Origin: Clostridia bacterium
GTDB taxonomy: Bacteria; Bacillota; Clostridia; TANB77; CAG-508
NCBI GenBank assembly: GCA_022795075.1
Contig: JAAWGB010000005.1
Coordinates: 1-61,398, forward strand
DNA length: 61,398 nt
Direction of reading: 5' to 3'
How positions within the stretch are numbered: position 1 is the first letter of the stretch; each line of letters starts with the position of its first letter. Below the pieces are notes generated by a model. The model saw only the letters and a list, made by a program, of their open reading frames with translations. It was not told the DNA's origin and did no database searches. Both the position numbers and the translations under genes were made by a program. Positions 33,629-43,440 of the stretch are shown piece after piece.

Positions 33629-34501
33629 ATGTTAATAGATGATATAAAAGAAATGTTGCCATTTGCTAACAAAATAAAAGTATATGCTTTTGTGGGACCT
33701 TCTGGGACAGGTAAAAGTTACAGAGCCCAAATGGTAGCAGGAGAAAAGGATACACATTTTATTATAGATGATGGATTGTTAATAAAAGATAATGAAGTAA
33801 TAGCAGGAGAATCTGCCAAAAAAGCTTCAACTAAAGTAGCTACCGTTAAACATGCTCTTTTTTATGAAGATGAGGAAAAAGAAGAAATTATAAAAGCTTT
33901 AAAGAAATATAAACCACAAAGTATTTTAATTTTAGGAACATCAGATGGAATGGTACAAAAAATTGCAGCCAATCTTGGCTTGCCAGAGATTTCAGATACC
34001 ACTTATATAACAGATGTAGCAACAGAAGCAGAGATGCAAACAGCAAGAAAAATTAGAGTAACAGAAGGAAAACATGTTATACCTGTACCAACATTTGAAA
34101 TAAAGAAGGATTTTTCAGGCTATTTATTAGATCCTCTTCAAATATTTAAATCCAAAGGAAAAGGCAAGCAACCTTATATATCAGAAAAATCAATTATAAG
34201 ACCAACTTTTAGTTACATGGGAAGATTTACAATTTCTGATTTGGTATTTAGACAAATTGTAGAATATTTGGCTATACAGACGCCAACCATTTACAAGATT
34301 TTAAAAACAAGAGTAGAAAACTATGGTGATGGTGCTAAAATTTATATGGAAGTTACCATTATGTATGGTTATAATGTAATGGAAGGTTTAAAAGATTTTA
34401 AGGAAAAAGCTAGAAAAGAAATCGAGAAATTAACAGCTATGAATGTTGTAGAATTAGATGTGGTGGCGAAAAATATTTATGTTCCAGAAATAAGCAATTA
34501 G
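33629..34501 (+). CDS. P-loop protein with C-terminal Asp23/Gls24-like domain
   Basis: GPSGTGKS, IIDDGLLI, GKHVIPVP, IEKLTAMNV; start after AAAGGAG. Confidence 0.8.
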   Translation: MLIDDIKEMLPFANKIKVYAFVGPSGTGKSYRAQMVAGEKDTHFIIDDGLLIKDNEVIAGESAKKASTKVATVKHALFYEDEEKEEIIKALKKYKPQSILILGTSDGMVQKIAANLGLPEISDTTYITDVATEAEMQTARKIRVTEGKHVIPVPTFEIKKDFSGYLLDPLQIFKSKGKGKQPYISEKSIIRPTFSYMGRFTISDLVFRQIVEYLAIQTPTIYKILKTRVENYGDGAKIYMEVTIMYGYNVMEGLKDFKEKARKEIEKLTAMNVVELDVVAKNIYVPEISN

Positions 34502-34513
34502 GAGGAAAGTAAA

Positions 34514-35167
34514 ATGATTGTTGCAATTGATGGACCAGCAGGAGCTGGAAAAGGAAGTGTTACCAAACAAGTTGGAGAAAGACTAGGATTAATTAATATT
34601 GATACAGGAGCGATGTTTCGTTGTGTTACATTAAATATATTGCAAAAAGGCATCAATTTGGAAGAAGAAAATAAAATAAAAGAAGTATTAGATAAAATTC
34701 ATATTGATTTAAAAGAAAATGGAAAAGTCTTTTTAAATGGAAAAGATGTTAGTAAACAAATACGAGAAGATGAAGTAAACCATATGGTGTCTCCAGTTTC
34801 TGTTATTCCTATGGTAAGAAAAAAGCTTTTGGAACTTCAAAGACAAATGGCTAAAGGGAAAAATGTTATTATGGAAGGACGAGATATTGGAACTGTTATC
34901 TTTCCAAATGCAGATGTAAAGATTTATTTGGATGCTACAGCACAAGAAAGAGCAAGAAGGAGAGTTAAACAAAATCAAGAAAATGGAATCGATTGTTCTT
35001 ATGAAGAAGTTTTAAAAAGTATTATGGAGCGAGACCAAAAAGATGCAACACGTGAAATAGCACCATTAAAACAAGCAGAGGATGCTATTTATTTGGATTC
35101 AACAAATTTATCAGTTGAAGAAACAGCAGACGAAATTATAAAAATTATTAAAACAAAAGCTTACTAA
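34514..35167 (+). CDS. cmk: Cytidylate kinase
   Basis: IDGPAGAGKGS, DTGAMFR, MEGRDIGTVIFP. Confidence 0.97.
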   Translation: MIVAIDGPAGAGKGSVTKQVGERLGLINIDTGAMFRCVTLNILQKGINLEEENKIKEVLDKIHIDLKENGKVFLNGKDVSKQIREDEVNHMVSPVSVIPMVRKKLLELQRQMAKGKNVIMEGRDIGTVIFPNADVKIYLDATAQERARRRVKQNQENGIDCSYEEVLKSIMERDQKDATREIAPLKQAEDAIYLDSTNLSVEETADEIIKIIKTKAY

Positions 35168-35196
35168 TAATAGAAAAGGTATTCTAACTGTTAAAA

Positions 35197-35391
35197 ACTG
35201 TTCCCCTATCAATTATCCTAAATAAGGAGAACAGTGAATTGAAAGTAATTGAAGTAGAAATTCTTCATTCATTTTATGGAAAATGTTCAAACTTGTTTTG
35301 AAAGGGTGCTATAAAATGGATATAGAATTTCTATGAAAATTACTTGAACGAACGGTTTCCCCTTATTTAGGATAATTGATAGGGGAATAGT
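35197..35391 (-). repeat. Palindromic element family A, copy 5
   Basis: Reversed core; arms ACTGTTCCCCTATCAATTATCCTAAATAAGG / CCTTATTTAGGATAATTGATAGGGGAATAGT. Confidence 0.9.
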
Positions 35392-35436
35392 CTAACAAAA
35401 AGAGTACAATTTTAGATAAATTAAAGGAGTAAAACC

Positions 35437-36033
35437 ATGAAAACAACATTTCAAGCAATTGTAAAATGGATCGTAAGAGGAGCCATCTATTTATGGTGTA
35501 AAATCTATTATAGAGTAGAAATTATAGGATTAGAAAACATTCCCAAAGAAGGACCACTTATCTTTTGCGGAAACCATAGAACCTATTTAGATCCACCATT
35601 AATGGTAGCAACAGCTAAAAGAGATATGCGTTTTTTAGCCAAAGACGAATTAGCCCAAAATCCATTTTTAAATTTTTTAGGTTGGGTATTTGAAGCCATT
35701 CACGTAAAAAGAGATGAAAAAGATGTAACAGCCATAAAAGAATCACTAAAAGCATTAAAAAATGGGCAATGTATAGCCTTATTTCCAGAAGGTACGAGAA
35801 ATGGTTTAGAAAAAGGGAAGAAACTAAAAGATGGAGTAGCCTTTTTTGCAGTAAGAAGTGGTGCAAAAGTGGTACCATGTGGCATAAAAGGAGGAACCAA
35901 AGAAAATAAAAAAGTTACTATTACCTATGGAAAGCCATTAGACTATAGCCAATATAAAGGAAGTAAAGACAAAGAAATTTTAGATACCATAACAGAAGAA
36001 ATTATGGAAAATATCATAGAATTGACAAAATAA
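35437..36033 (+). CDS. plsC: 1-acyl-sn-glycerol-3-phosphate acyltransferase
   Basis: NHRTYLD and FPEGTR motifs. Confidence 0.93.
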   Translation: MKTTFQAIVKWIVRGAIYLWCKIYYRVEIIGLENIPKEGPLIFCGNHRTYLDPPLMVATAKRDMRFLAKDELAQNPFLNFLGWVFEAIHVKRDEKDVTAIKESLKALKNGQCIALFPEGTRNGLEKGKKLKDGVAFFAVRSGAKVVPCGIKGGTKENKKVTITYGKPLDYSQYKGSKDKEILDTITEEIMENIIELTK

Positions 36034-36050
36034 AAGAATAGGTGTATAAT
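36022..36050 (+). promoter_or_regulatory. Consensus sigma-A promoter for typA
   Basis: TTGACA-17-TATAAT. Confidence 0.8.
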
Positions 36051-36155
36051 TTTATAAGTTTTTAAAAGAGAAAAGAGGACTGGAAGACAGTCCTTTCTAT
36101 ATTGAAAGAAGGAGTGTTTTCTAGTTTCTTTAAAAATAAAAAAGGGGTAATAAAA

Positions 36156-37967
36156 ATGAACAATGAAAAAATAAGAAATATTGCAATTATTGCACACGTA
36201 GACCATGGAAAAACTACATTAGTAGATGCCTTGTTAAGACAAAGCCATATATTTAGAGAAAATGAGCAAGTACAAGAAAGAGTCATGGATTCCAATGATC
36301 AAGAAAAAGAAAGAGGAATTACCATACTTTCTAAAAATACATCTGTTATGCATGATGATGTAAAAATAAACATTGTAGATACACCAGGTCATGCCGATTT
36401 TGGGGGAGAAGTAGAAAGAGTTTTAAAAACAGTAGATGGTGTTTTACTATTAGTAGATGCTTTTGAAGGTGCTATGCCTCAAACAAGAGAAGTTTTGAAA
36501 AAATCTTTAGGTTTAGGATTAAAGCCAATTGTTGTTATCAATAAAATTGATAGACCAGGTGCAACACCTGAAAAGGTAGTAGACCAAGTAATTGAATTAT
36601 TTATTGAATTAGATGCTACAGATGAACAACTAGATTTTCCAGTAGTATATGCCTCTGCTAAAAATGGAATTGCTAAAATGGACTTAAAGGATGAAACAGA
36701 GGATTTAAGTTGCTTATTTGAAACCATGATAAATACCATTCAAGCACCAGATTGTGATGAAGAAGGACCTGCTCAAATGCTAGTGTCTAATATTGATTAT
36801 GATGATTATGTAGGAAGAATTGCAGTAGGAAGAATTGAAAGAGGCGTTATTACAACTGGTATGCCTGTATCTATTTGTGGAAAAGAAGATAAAATTACAC
36901 AAGGAAGAATTGCAAAAGTATATACTCATGTTGGATTAAATAAAGTGGAAGTAGAAGAAGGAAAAGCAGGAGATATTATTGAATTAGCAGGACTTGCTGA
37001 TATTAACATAGGAGATACAGTTTGTGATTTTAATCATCCAGAAAAAATTCCATTTGTAGATATTGATGAGCCAACTGTTTCGATGACGTTTAGTGTAAAT
37101 AATGGGCCTTTTGCAGGAAAAGAAGGACAATTTATTACTTCTAGACACATTAGAGACAGATTATTTAAAGAACTAGAAAAAAATGTATCATTAAGAGTAA
37201 AAGAAACTGAATCACCAGATTCTTTTGACGTATCTGGAAGAGGAGAATTACATTTATCTGTTTTAATCGAAACGATGAGAAGAGAAGGATTTGAACTTTT
37301 AGTTTCTAGACCAAAGGTAATTATCAAAGAAATAGATGGAGTAAAATCAGAACCAATTGAAAGACTAGTTGTTAATGTTCCAGATGACTGTGTAGGAAAT
37401 GTTATTGAAAAGTTAGGAAGAAGAAAAGCTGAAATGGTAAATATGGAACCAGCAGAATCTGGTCACACTAAAATTGAGTTTAAAATACCAGCAAGAGGGC
37501 TAATTGGTTATCGAACAGAATTTTTAACAGACACCAAAGGAGAAGGAACCATGAATCATATTTTTGATTCTTATGAACCATTTAAAGGAGATATTCAAGC
37601 TAGGGTTAGAGGAACAATTGTAGCTTTTGAAAATGGAAAATCAGTAACATATGGATTATATAATGCACAAGATAAAGGTGATTTATTTATTGGTCCTGGT
37701 GTAGAAGTTTATGAAGGAATGATTGTAGGATTAAATTCTAGGGGAGAAGATTTGGCTATTAATGTTTGTAAGGAAAAACATTTAACGAATACAAGAGCAT
37801 CTGGCTCAGATGAGGCACTTCGTTTGGTTCCACCAATTCAAATGTCTTTGGAAAAGGCAATTGAATTTATTCAAGATGATGAGTTAGTAGAAGTTACGCC
37901 ACAATCCATTCGTTTGAGAAAAAAGATACTAGATAGCAAAGAAAGAGAAAGAGCCAATAGACGTTAA
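36156..37967 (+). CDS. typA: Translational GTPase TypA/BipA
   Basis: IAHVDHGKTTLVD, GRGELHL, MRREGFE, EVTPQSIRLRK. Confidence 0.98.
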   Translation: MNNEKIRNIAIIAHVDHGKTTLVDALLRQSHIFRENEQVQERVMDSNDQEKERGITILSKNTSVMHDDVKINIVDTPGHADFGGEVERVLKTVDGVLLLVDAFEGAMPQTREVLKKSLGLGLKPIVVINKIDRPGATPEKVVDQVIELFIELDATDEQLDFPVVYASAKNGIAKMDLKDETEDLSCLFETMINTIQAPDCDEEGPAQMLVSNIDYDDYVGRIAVGRIERGVITTGMPVSICGKEDKITQGRIAKVYTHVGLNKVEVEEGKAGDIIELAGLADINIGDTVCDFNHPEKIPFVDIDEPTVSMTFSVNNGPFAGKEGQFITSRHIRDRLFKELEKNVSLRVKETESPDSFDVSGRGELHLSVLIETMRREGFELLVSRPKVIIKEIDGVKSEPIERLVVNVPDDCVGNVIEKLGRRKAEMVNMEPAESGHTKIEFKIPARGLIGYRTEFLTDTKGEGTMNHIFDSYEPFKGDIQARVRGTIVAFENGKSVTYGLYNAQDKGDLFIGPGVEVYEGMIVGLNSRGEDLAINVCKEKHLTNTRASGSDEALRLVPPIQMSLEKAIEFIQDDELVEVTPQSIRLRKKILDSKERERANRR

Positions 37968-38097
37968 TAAAAATTTTAAGATTATAAAGACTAAATTTGA
38001 ATAGTTAATACTTTTGTTAACTTAAATCTTATAAAAAAATAGAAAATAGCTTAGGGTCAAGCTAATTTTCAAAGAAATTCTAATAAAGGGAGGACAA

Positions 38098-38706
38098 ATG
38101 AATCAACAAGAGTTAGAAAAAGTAAAAGAAAAAGCCTTAGAAGAACATATTCCCATTATTATGGACGACACATTAGAAGTTATGGAACAATATTTAACCA
38201 ACATGAAACCAAAAAGGATTTTAGAAATAGGTACAGCAGTTGGTTATTCAGCTATGTGTTTTACAACATTTTTAGCAGAAGACGGAAGAATTGATACGAT
38301 AGAAAGAGAAGAAGAAAGAGTTAAGCAAGCAAAAGAAAATATCAAGAAAGTTGGTGTAGAAGATAAAATTTGTATTTATGAAGGTGATGCAGTTGAGATT
38401 TTACCAACTTTTAATCAAAAATATGATGTTGTTTTTATTGATGCAGCAAAAGGAAAATATCCTTTTTTCTTAAAACAAGCCCTAAGAATGATTGAGCCAA
38501 ATGGCATAATTTTTGCAGACAATATTTTATACAAAGGATATGTGCTAAGTGATTATAATAAACACAAACAACGTACAGCTGTTAGAAATTTAAGAGAATA
38601 TATTAAAGAAGTTAGCCAAAATCCAAATCTTGAAACTGAAATTTTAGAAGTTGGAGATGGATTGGCGATTAGTAAAATAAAAAATAAAGTGGTTCCAGTG
38701 TTATAG
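38098..38706 (+). CDS. O-methyltransferase, TrmR/YrrM-like
   Basis: LEIGTAVGYSA, FIDAAKGKY, ADNIL, VGDGL. Confidence 0.85.
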   Translation: MNQQELEKVKEKALEEHIPIIMDDTLEVMEQYLTNMKPKRILEIGTAVGYSAMCFTTFLAEDGRIDTIEREEERVKQAKENIKKVGVEDKICIYEGDAVEILPTFNQKYDVVFIDAAKGKYPFFLKQALRMIEPNGIIFADNILYKGYVLSDYNKHKQRTAVRNLREYIKEVSQNPNLETEILEVGDGLAISKIKNKVVPVL

Positions 38707-38728
38707 ACATTGGAATCACTTTATTTTT
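38682..38728. terminator. Bidirectional hairpin terminator
   Basis: AAAATAAAGTGGTTCCAGTG ... CATTGGAATCACTTTATTTT. Confidence 0.75.
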
Positions 38729-38825
38729 ATAGAATGTAATTTATTTATAGTATTTTATTTTTATAATCGAAATTTTAAATGTATTTGTAATTGTTAGTAA
38801 TCATATGAAAAATAAATGATAAATT

Positions 38826-40517
38826 TTAAGCACCTCTTGATAGTTCAGAATCTTCTTTCTTATTTTTATCCGTATTTCTAAGTTTTTCAGCAAATGAATA
38901 AATATTTTTGTGAGAAATATCTTTTGGTAACTTATTGGCTACTTCATCATGTTCTTTTACAATTTGTAAACAAGCACGCATATAGTCACTACATTTTTGG
39001 GGAGGATTATCAATAATTTGTTCTAATTTTCGAATAAGTAAATCTCTTAAACAAGTATTAGAGTCTCTTTTTCTTAAAACTTCTGCAAATTCACCAATTA
39101 TTTTTTTATGATGAATACCTGCTGTTGTATAAGAGGTATGACCAGAACCACATACATTCATATAAGGAGATAAAGATAAGGCAGTGGAAAGTAAGTATTC
39201 ATCAGTATTAACACGAAAAGGTATAACTTTTTTATTAGCTATTAATTCTTGTAATTTATCAGAATTAATGGAATGATTAGAATCGTATACTTCATTTGGG
39301 AGGTGGTCGGGTAATATTTGCATTTTTTGTTTTATTTTAATGTGTTTCATCATTTCACGATATTTTTCTGATTCTAAAAAAGCTTTACCAGTAGGTGTTT
39401 TTAAGAAGAGTTGTTTTTCTTCTTCTGTTTTAAAATCAGGAATGGCATAAGGAGAGATTAATTTATCAGCAGAAATATTGTCCAAAATATCTAAGTAGTA
39501 AGAAAGTTCATGTTCGTCATTTGGGTCAACTAATTCAAAGAAATTTTTGATATCTATTTGTTTACCATTTAATCCACTATGATAAGCACTACCTTTTGTG
39601 GCAGCATAGTAAGCTTTATTAGACTGAGCTTGTAATTCAACAGGACCAAAAGGTGTGTCAATATTATAATAGATGGCTTGGAAAGCATTTTGTTTTAAAG
39701 GTTCTTTATCCCATTTAGAATTTGCTTGCATGGCATTTTTTACAAGAGGAGAATTTAAAACCACTGGTAAGGTTTTTCTTAAAATGGCAAAATGTAATTT
39801 ATCATCCAATCTAGAACGAAAGTCGTTTGAAAGGAGAATAAGATCCGATAGTTCTTCTTCTGAAATAATAGTTGGAAAATTATCATTTTCTAAAAAATAG
39901 GTATATTGATAAAGAGTATCTTCATAAAGTTGTATAAAAGGATTTTTAGGTTTTCTTTCATCTGTAAATTCTTCAGGAGTAAGTTCAATAATTTTAGCTA
40001 ATAAATTTATTTTTTTTTCGTAAAATTCTTTTACATTATGAATAGGAGAACGCAAATAAGAATCTACCTCATCAGCAAATTTATGATTTTCACAAGAAAG
40101 TTGATATAATTTTGAAATTTCAGGGTCAGAAAATAATTCTTCAAATTCTTCTGAGCTAGGAAGAGAATGATTAATATCATTTAACACTATTTTTAAGCCA
40201 GAAATATCTTTTATAATTTCAGAAGTATCAAAATCATCTTTTGAATCAATATCTTCCATATAATTGGTAAATTCTTTTTGAATATTTTTGATATAACTAA
40301 TATCACTTTTGGTTCGAAATGGAATGTAAATGCTAAGTCTAGGATATAGTTCTTTATAAGTTAAATAGATAGCAGCAGCTAAATAGCATAAATATTCTCT
40401 ATTTTCAAAAGATTGATTTTTTTCAAATTCATCTAGTAAATCGAACATTTTATTTTCTAAATCAATTTGTTCTGGATTGGTATATTTTAGATTCTTTTTA
40501 AATTTATTTTCAGCCAT
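38826..40517 (-). CDS. Divergent RelA/SpoT-synthetase-like nucleotidyltransferase, 563 aa
   Basis: AGGAGG RBS; RTKSDISYIK, DISGLKIV, FQAIYY, VELQAQS, AYH in SYNTH motif order. Confidence 0.55.
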   Translation of the reverse strand: MAENKFKKNLKYTNPEQIDLENKMFDLLDEFEKNQSFENREYLCYLAAAIYLTYKELYPRLSIYIPFRTKSDISYIKNIQKEFTNYMEDIDSKDDFDTSEIIKDISGLKIVLNDINHSLPSSEEFEELFSDPEISKLYQLSCENHKFADEVDSYLRSPIHNVKEFYEKKINLLAKIIELTPEEFTDERKPKNPFIQLYEDTLYQYTYFLENDNFPTIISEEELSDLILLSNDFRSRLDDKLHFAILRKTLPVVLNSPLVKNAMQANSKWDKEPLKQNAFQAIYYNIDTPFGPVELQAQSNKAYYAATKGSAYHSGLNGKQIDIKNFFELVDPNDEHELSYYLDILDNISADKLISPYAIPDFKTEEEKQLFLKTPTGKAFLESEKYREMMKHIKIKQKMQILPDHLPNEVYDSNHSINSDKLQELIANKKVIPFRVNTDEYLLSTALSLSPYMNVCGSGHTSYTTAGIHHKKIIGEFAEVLRKRDSNTCLRDLLIRKLEQIIDNPPQKCSDYMRACLQIVKEHDEVANKLPKDISHKNIYSFAEKLRNTDKNKKEDSELSRGA

Positions 40518-40660
40518 AAGTCCTCCTAATTTGTAGTTTTATGTAATTATATTTTACCATAATAAAAAATAAAATTCAAATAGGGTCTTGAAATTTTATT
40601 GACAATTCATTAGAATGCTTATATAATTTATCAAAAACAAAGAGAAAATGGGAGAAAAAA

Positions 40661-41891
40661 ATGAAAAAAATAGAATTATTAGCACCAGCAGGATCCTTTG
40701 AAAAAGCAAAAATAGCCTATCTTTATGGAGCTGATGCAGTGTATTGTGGAACTTCTTCTTTATCATTAAGGGCAAGAGCAGATATGAAAGATGATGACTT
40801 AGAAAAAACGATAAAATATGCACACCAGATAGGAAAAAAAGTATATGTAACATTAAATATTTTTGCTTGGGATGAAAAATATGATGAAATAATAAAAATG
40901 GCGAAAAAATTAGAAGAACTAAAACCAGATGGCATCATTGCAGCAGATGTAGGAGTCATTGAAACATTAAAAAAACAAGCACCTTCTGTTCCAATTAATA
41001 TTAGTACACAAGCCAATATTATAAGTTTACAGGATTGTAATTTTTGGTATCAAAATGGAGCTAAAAGGGTCATTATGGCTAGAGAAATGAACAAAAAACA
41101 ATTACAATACATCATGGAAAATAAGCCAAAAGACTTAGAAGTAGAAATTTTTGTACATGGAGCAATTTGTTTTGCTTTTTCAGGAAGATGTTTTTTAAGT
41201 GATTTCTTATCTTGTAGAAGTGCTAATTTAGGAGATTGTGTACAAAGTTGCCGTTGGTCCTATAATTTATATGCAGAAGAAAAAAATAATCCTGGCGAAT
41301 ATATGCCAATTGAAACAGATGAACATGGGACTAGTATTTTTTCTTCTAAAGATTTGTGTTTAATTAAGGAATTGCCAGAGATTATTGAAATGGGAATAGA
41401 TAGTTTAAAAATAGAAGGAAGATTGAAAACAGAATATTATATAGCAAGTGTAATAAATGCTTATCGAAATGCGATTGATGATTATGAAAAAAATCCTCAA
41501 ACTTATGATTATAATAAATATTTAAAAGAGTTAGAAAAAGTAAAAACAAGAGGCTTAACAACTTTTTATTTTAATGATAGAAAAAATAAAGATATTCAAG
41601 AATATAGTGGCAGACAGTATAATGAAAATTATGAATTTGGTGGAAAAGTTGTGACTTATTCAGAAGAAAAATCTATTATAGAAATTAGAAATAAACTACA
41701 AGTAGGAGATGTGTTGGAAATCATTGTTCCAAACAAAATAGAACCTTATGAATTTAAAATTAAGCAATTGTGGAAGGATGAAACTAATGAGGAGATTATG
41801 GCGGTAAGTCCACGGTGTAAAGGGACAAAAGGTTAAGATGAGATTGCCAATTAAGTGTGAACAAGATTGGATTATTAGAAGGAAAAAATAA
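40661..41891 (+). CDS. U32 family peptidase-like protein (TrhP-like), 409 aa with +1 shift at CGG 41813-41815
   Basis: ELLAPAGS, HGAIC..SGRC, CVQSCRW, SLKIEGR; +1 tail GVKGQKVKMRLPIKCEQDWIIRRKK*; TTGACA-17-TATAAT upstream. Confidence 0.88.
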
Positions 41892-41986
41892 AGTTTTGTA
41901 AGTTGATAAATAAGAATGGAAAAAATTTGAATTTTTTTATGAAATATGTTATAATATAAAATATCAAAGCCTAAGGAGGTTGGCAT

Positions 41987-42148
41987 ATGAAAGTTACTGT
42001 TAAGAACAAGACTTACAAAGTAGTGTCAAGAGGATATCGGAGCTGGGAAGAGGCGGAAAAGGATGTTCCTAGAAAATTTCGAAGGAGAGGAAGTACAACG
42101 TACTATGATAAGAAAACTGAAAAATGGTACGTGATAGCTCCAGAATAG
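41987..42148 (+). CDS. Orphan 53-aa basic protein, stand-alone cassette
   Basis: TTGAAT-17-TATAAT with TG (41927-41955), AAGGAGGT RBS, MKVTVKNKTYKVVSRGYRSW..WYVIAPE*. Confidence 0.7.
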   Translation: MKVTVKNKTYKVVSRGYRSWEEAEKDVPRKFRRRGSTTYYDKKTEKWYVIAPE

Positions 42149-42156
42149 CAGTATCC

Positions 42157-42197
42157 GGGAAAAGGGAATGTTTTACGACATTTCCCCTTTCCCTTTT
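42157..42197. terminator. Hairpin terminator between convergent genes
   Basis: GGGAAAAGGGAATG ... CATTTCCCCTTTCCC followed by TTTT. Confidence 0.75.
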
Positions 42198-42240
42198 ATA
42201 TGAAAATTAATACAAATTACAAAAAAAGTCTTTTTGTAAT

Positions 42241-43039
42241 TTAGTGTTGGCTTTCTAGTAAAGAAGCAACAATAAAACCGTAGTATGCAAGATAAAATAC
42301 CAATTATCACGTCAAGAGAAGATGAAAAGGTAGGCAATAAAACAAAAATAGAACCAACCGTAAAACCAATTATACAATAAAAGGTAGGACCATAAAAACG
42401 AGTTAGTAAAAAATTTGTTAATTTTAGAAAGCAAAATCCACCAATAATAACGCCAATAAGAATGGGAATTAAAACAGGAAAATGTAAGGTAGAAACAGAA
42501 GAAAGATAAATAGGGTAAATACCCAATAGCATCAGAATAATGGTACTACTAACACCTGGTACAACAATTCCAATAGACATCAAAAATCCACCTAAAACAA
42601 GATATAGAAAACTGGCATTTTCTAAAGTTTGAATGGCTACAATGTTTTCCCCAAAAATACAGCTAATACCAATTATAAGGGCAAACAAAAAGAAAAACCA
42701 GTAACAGGGCTTAAAGGTTTGCTTTTTATTAATTTCTTTTAATAAGGCAGGGATACTTCCTAAAATTAGTCCAATAAAAATGGATTTTGTTTGGATGGGG
42801 AATTGATAAAGAGAGTAGTTTAAAAGATTGCCAAATAAGACAATTCCAATTCCAGCACCGATAACAAGGGGAAAAAGAAATTTTAAGTTAGTTTTTACAT
42901 CATTAAAAAAGTTTAAAATACTATCAATTAATTTTTCGTATAATCCAAAAATAACACAAAATACACCACTGCTAATTCCTGGAAGAATGGCTCCACTACC
43001 AATGGCAATTCCTTTTAAAGTGTCTAATAAAAATTTCAT
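42241..43039 (-). CDS. DUF368 family membrane protein, needs +1 shift at CGG 42280-42278
   Basis: ILPGISSG and VVPGVSS repeats; CTA C GGT TTT completes the last helix ILSCIL-GFIVASLLESQH*; frame 0 runs into the terminator. Confidence 0.85.
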
Positions 43040-43117
43040 GATATACACCTCATTTAATTGTATGAGTAAAGAAAAATTACATGATAAATTTTTATTTAAT
43101 AGGCTTATTAATTTGAT

Positions 43118-43318
43118 GCTGCCCAAGAAAAAAATAGATTCTAAAAAAAGAAAAACAGTTCGTTCAAGTAATTTTCATAGAAATTCTAACATTATTTTAT
43201 GGCACCCTTCCACGCCAAAGGCGTGAACTCTTTCCATAAAATAATGAATAATTTCTACTTCAATTACTTTCAATTCACTGTTTTTCTTTTTTTAGAATTT
43301 ATTTTTTTCTTGGGCAGC
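43118..43318 (+). repeat. Palindromic element family A, copy 6
   Basis: Core as in copy 1; arms GCTGCCCAAGAAAAAAATAG.. / ..TTTTTTCTTGGGCAGC. Confidence 0.9.
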
Positions 43319-43440
43319 GTGCTAAATAAGAAGAATAAAATTCATTTATATTTGTTTGTACTGAGAGGTCAGTTCAATCGTTTTTTGAGTAAATTTATGA
43401 TATAAATATAAAATAATCCATAACAAACGAGGAGAAATTT

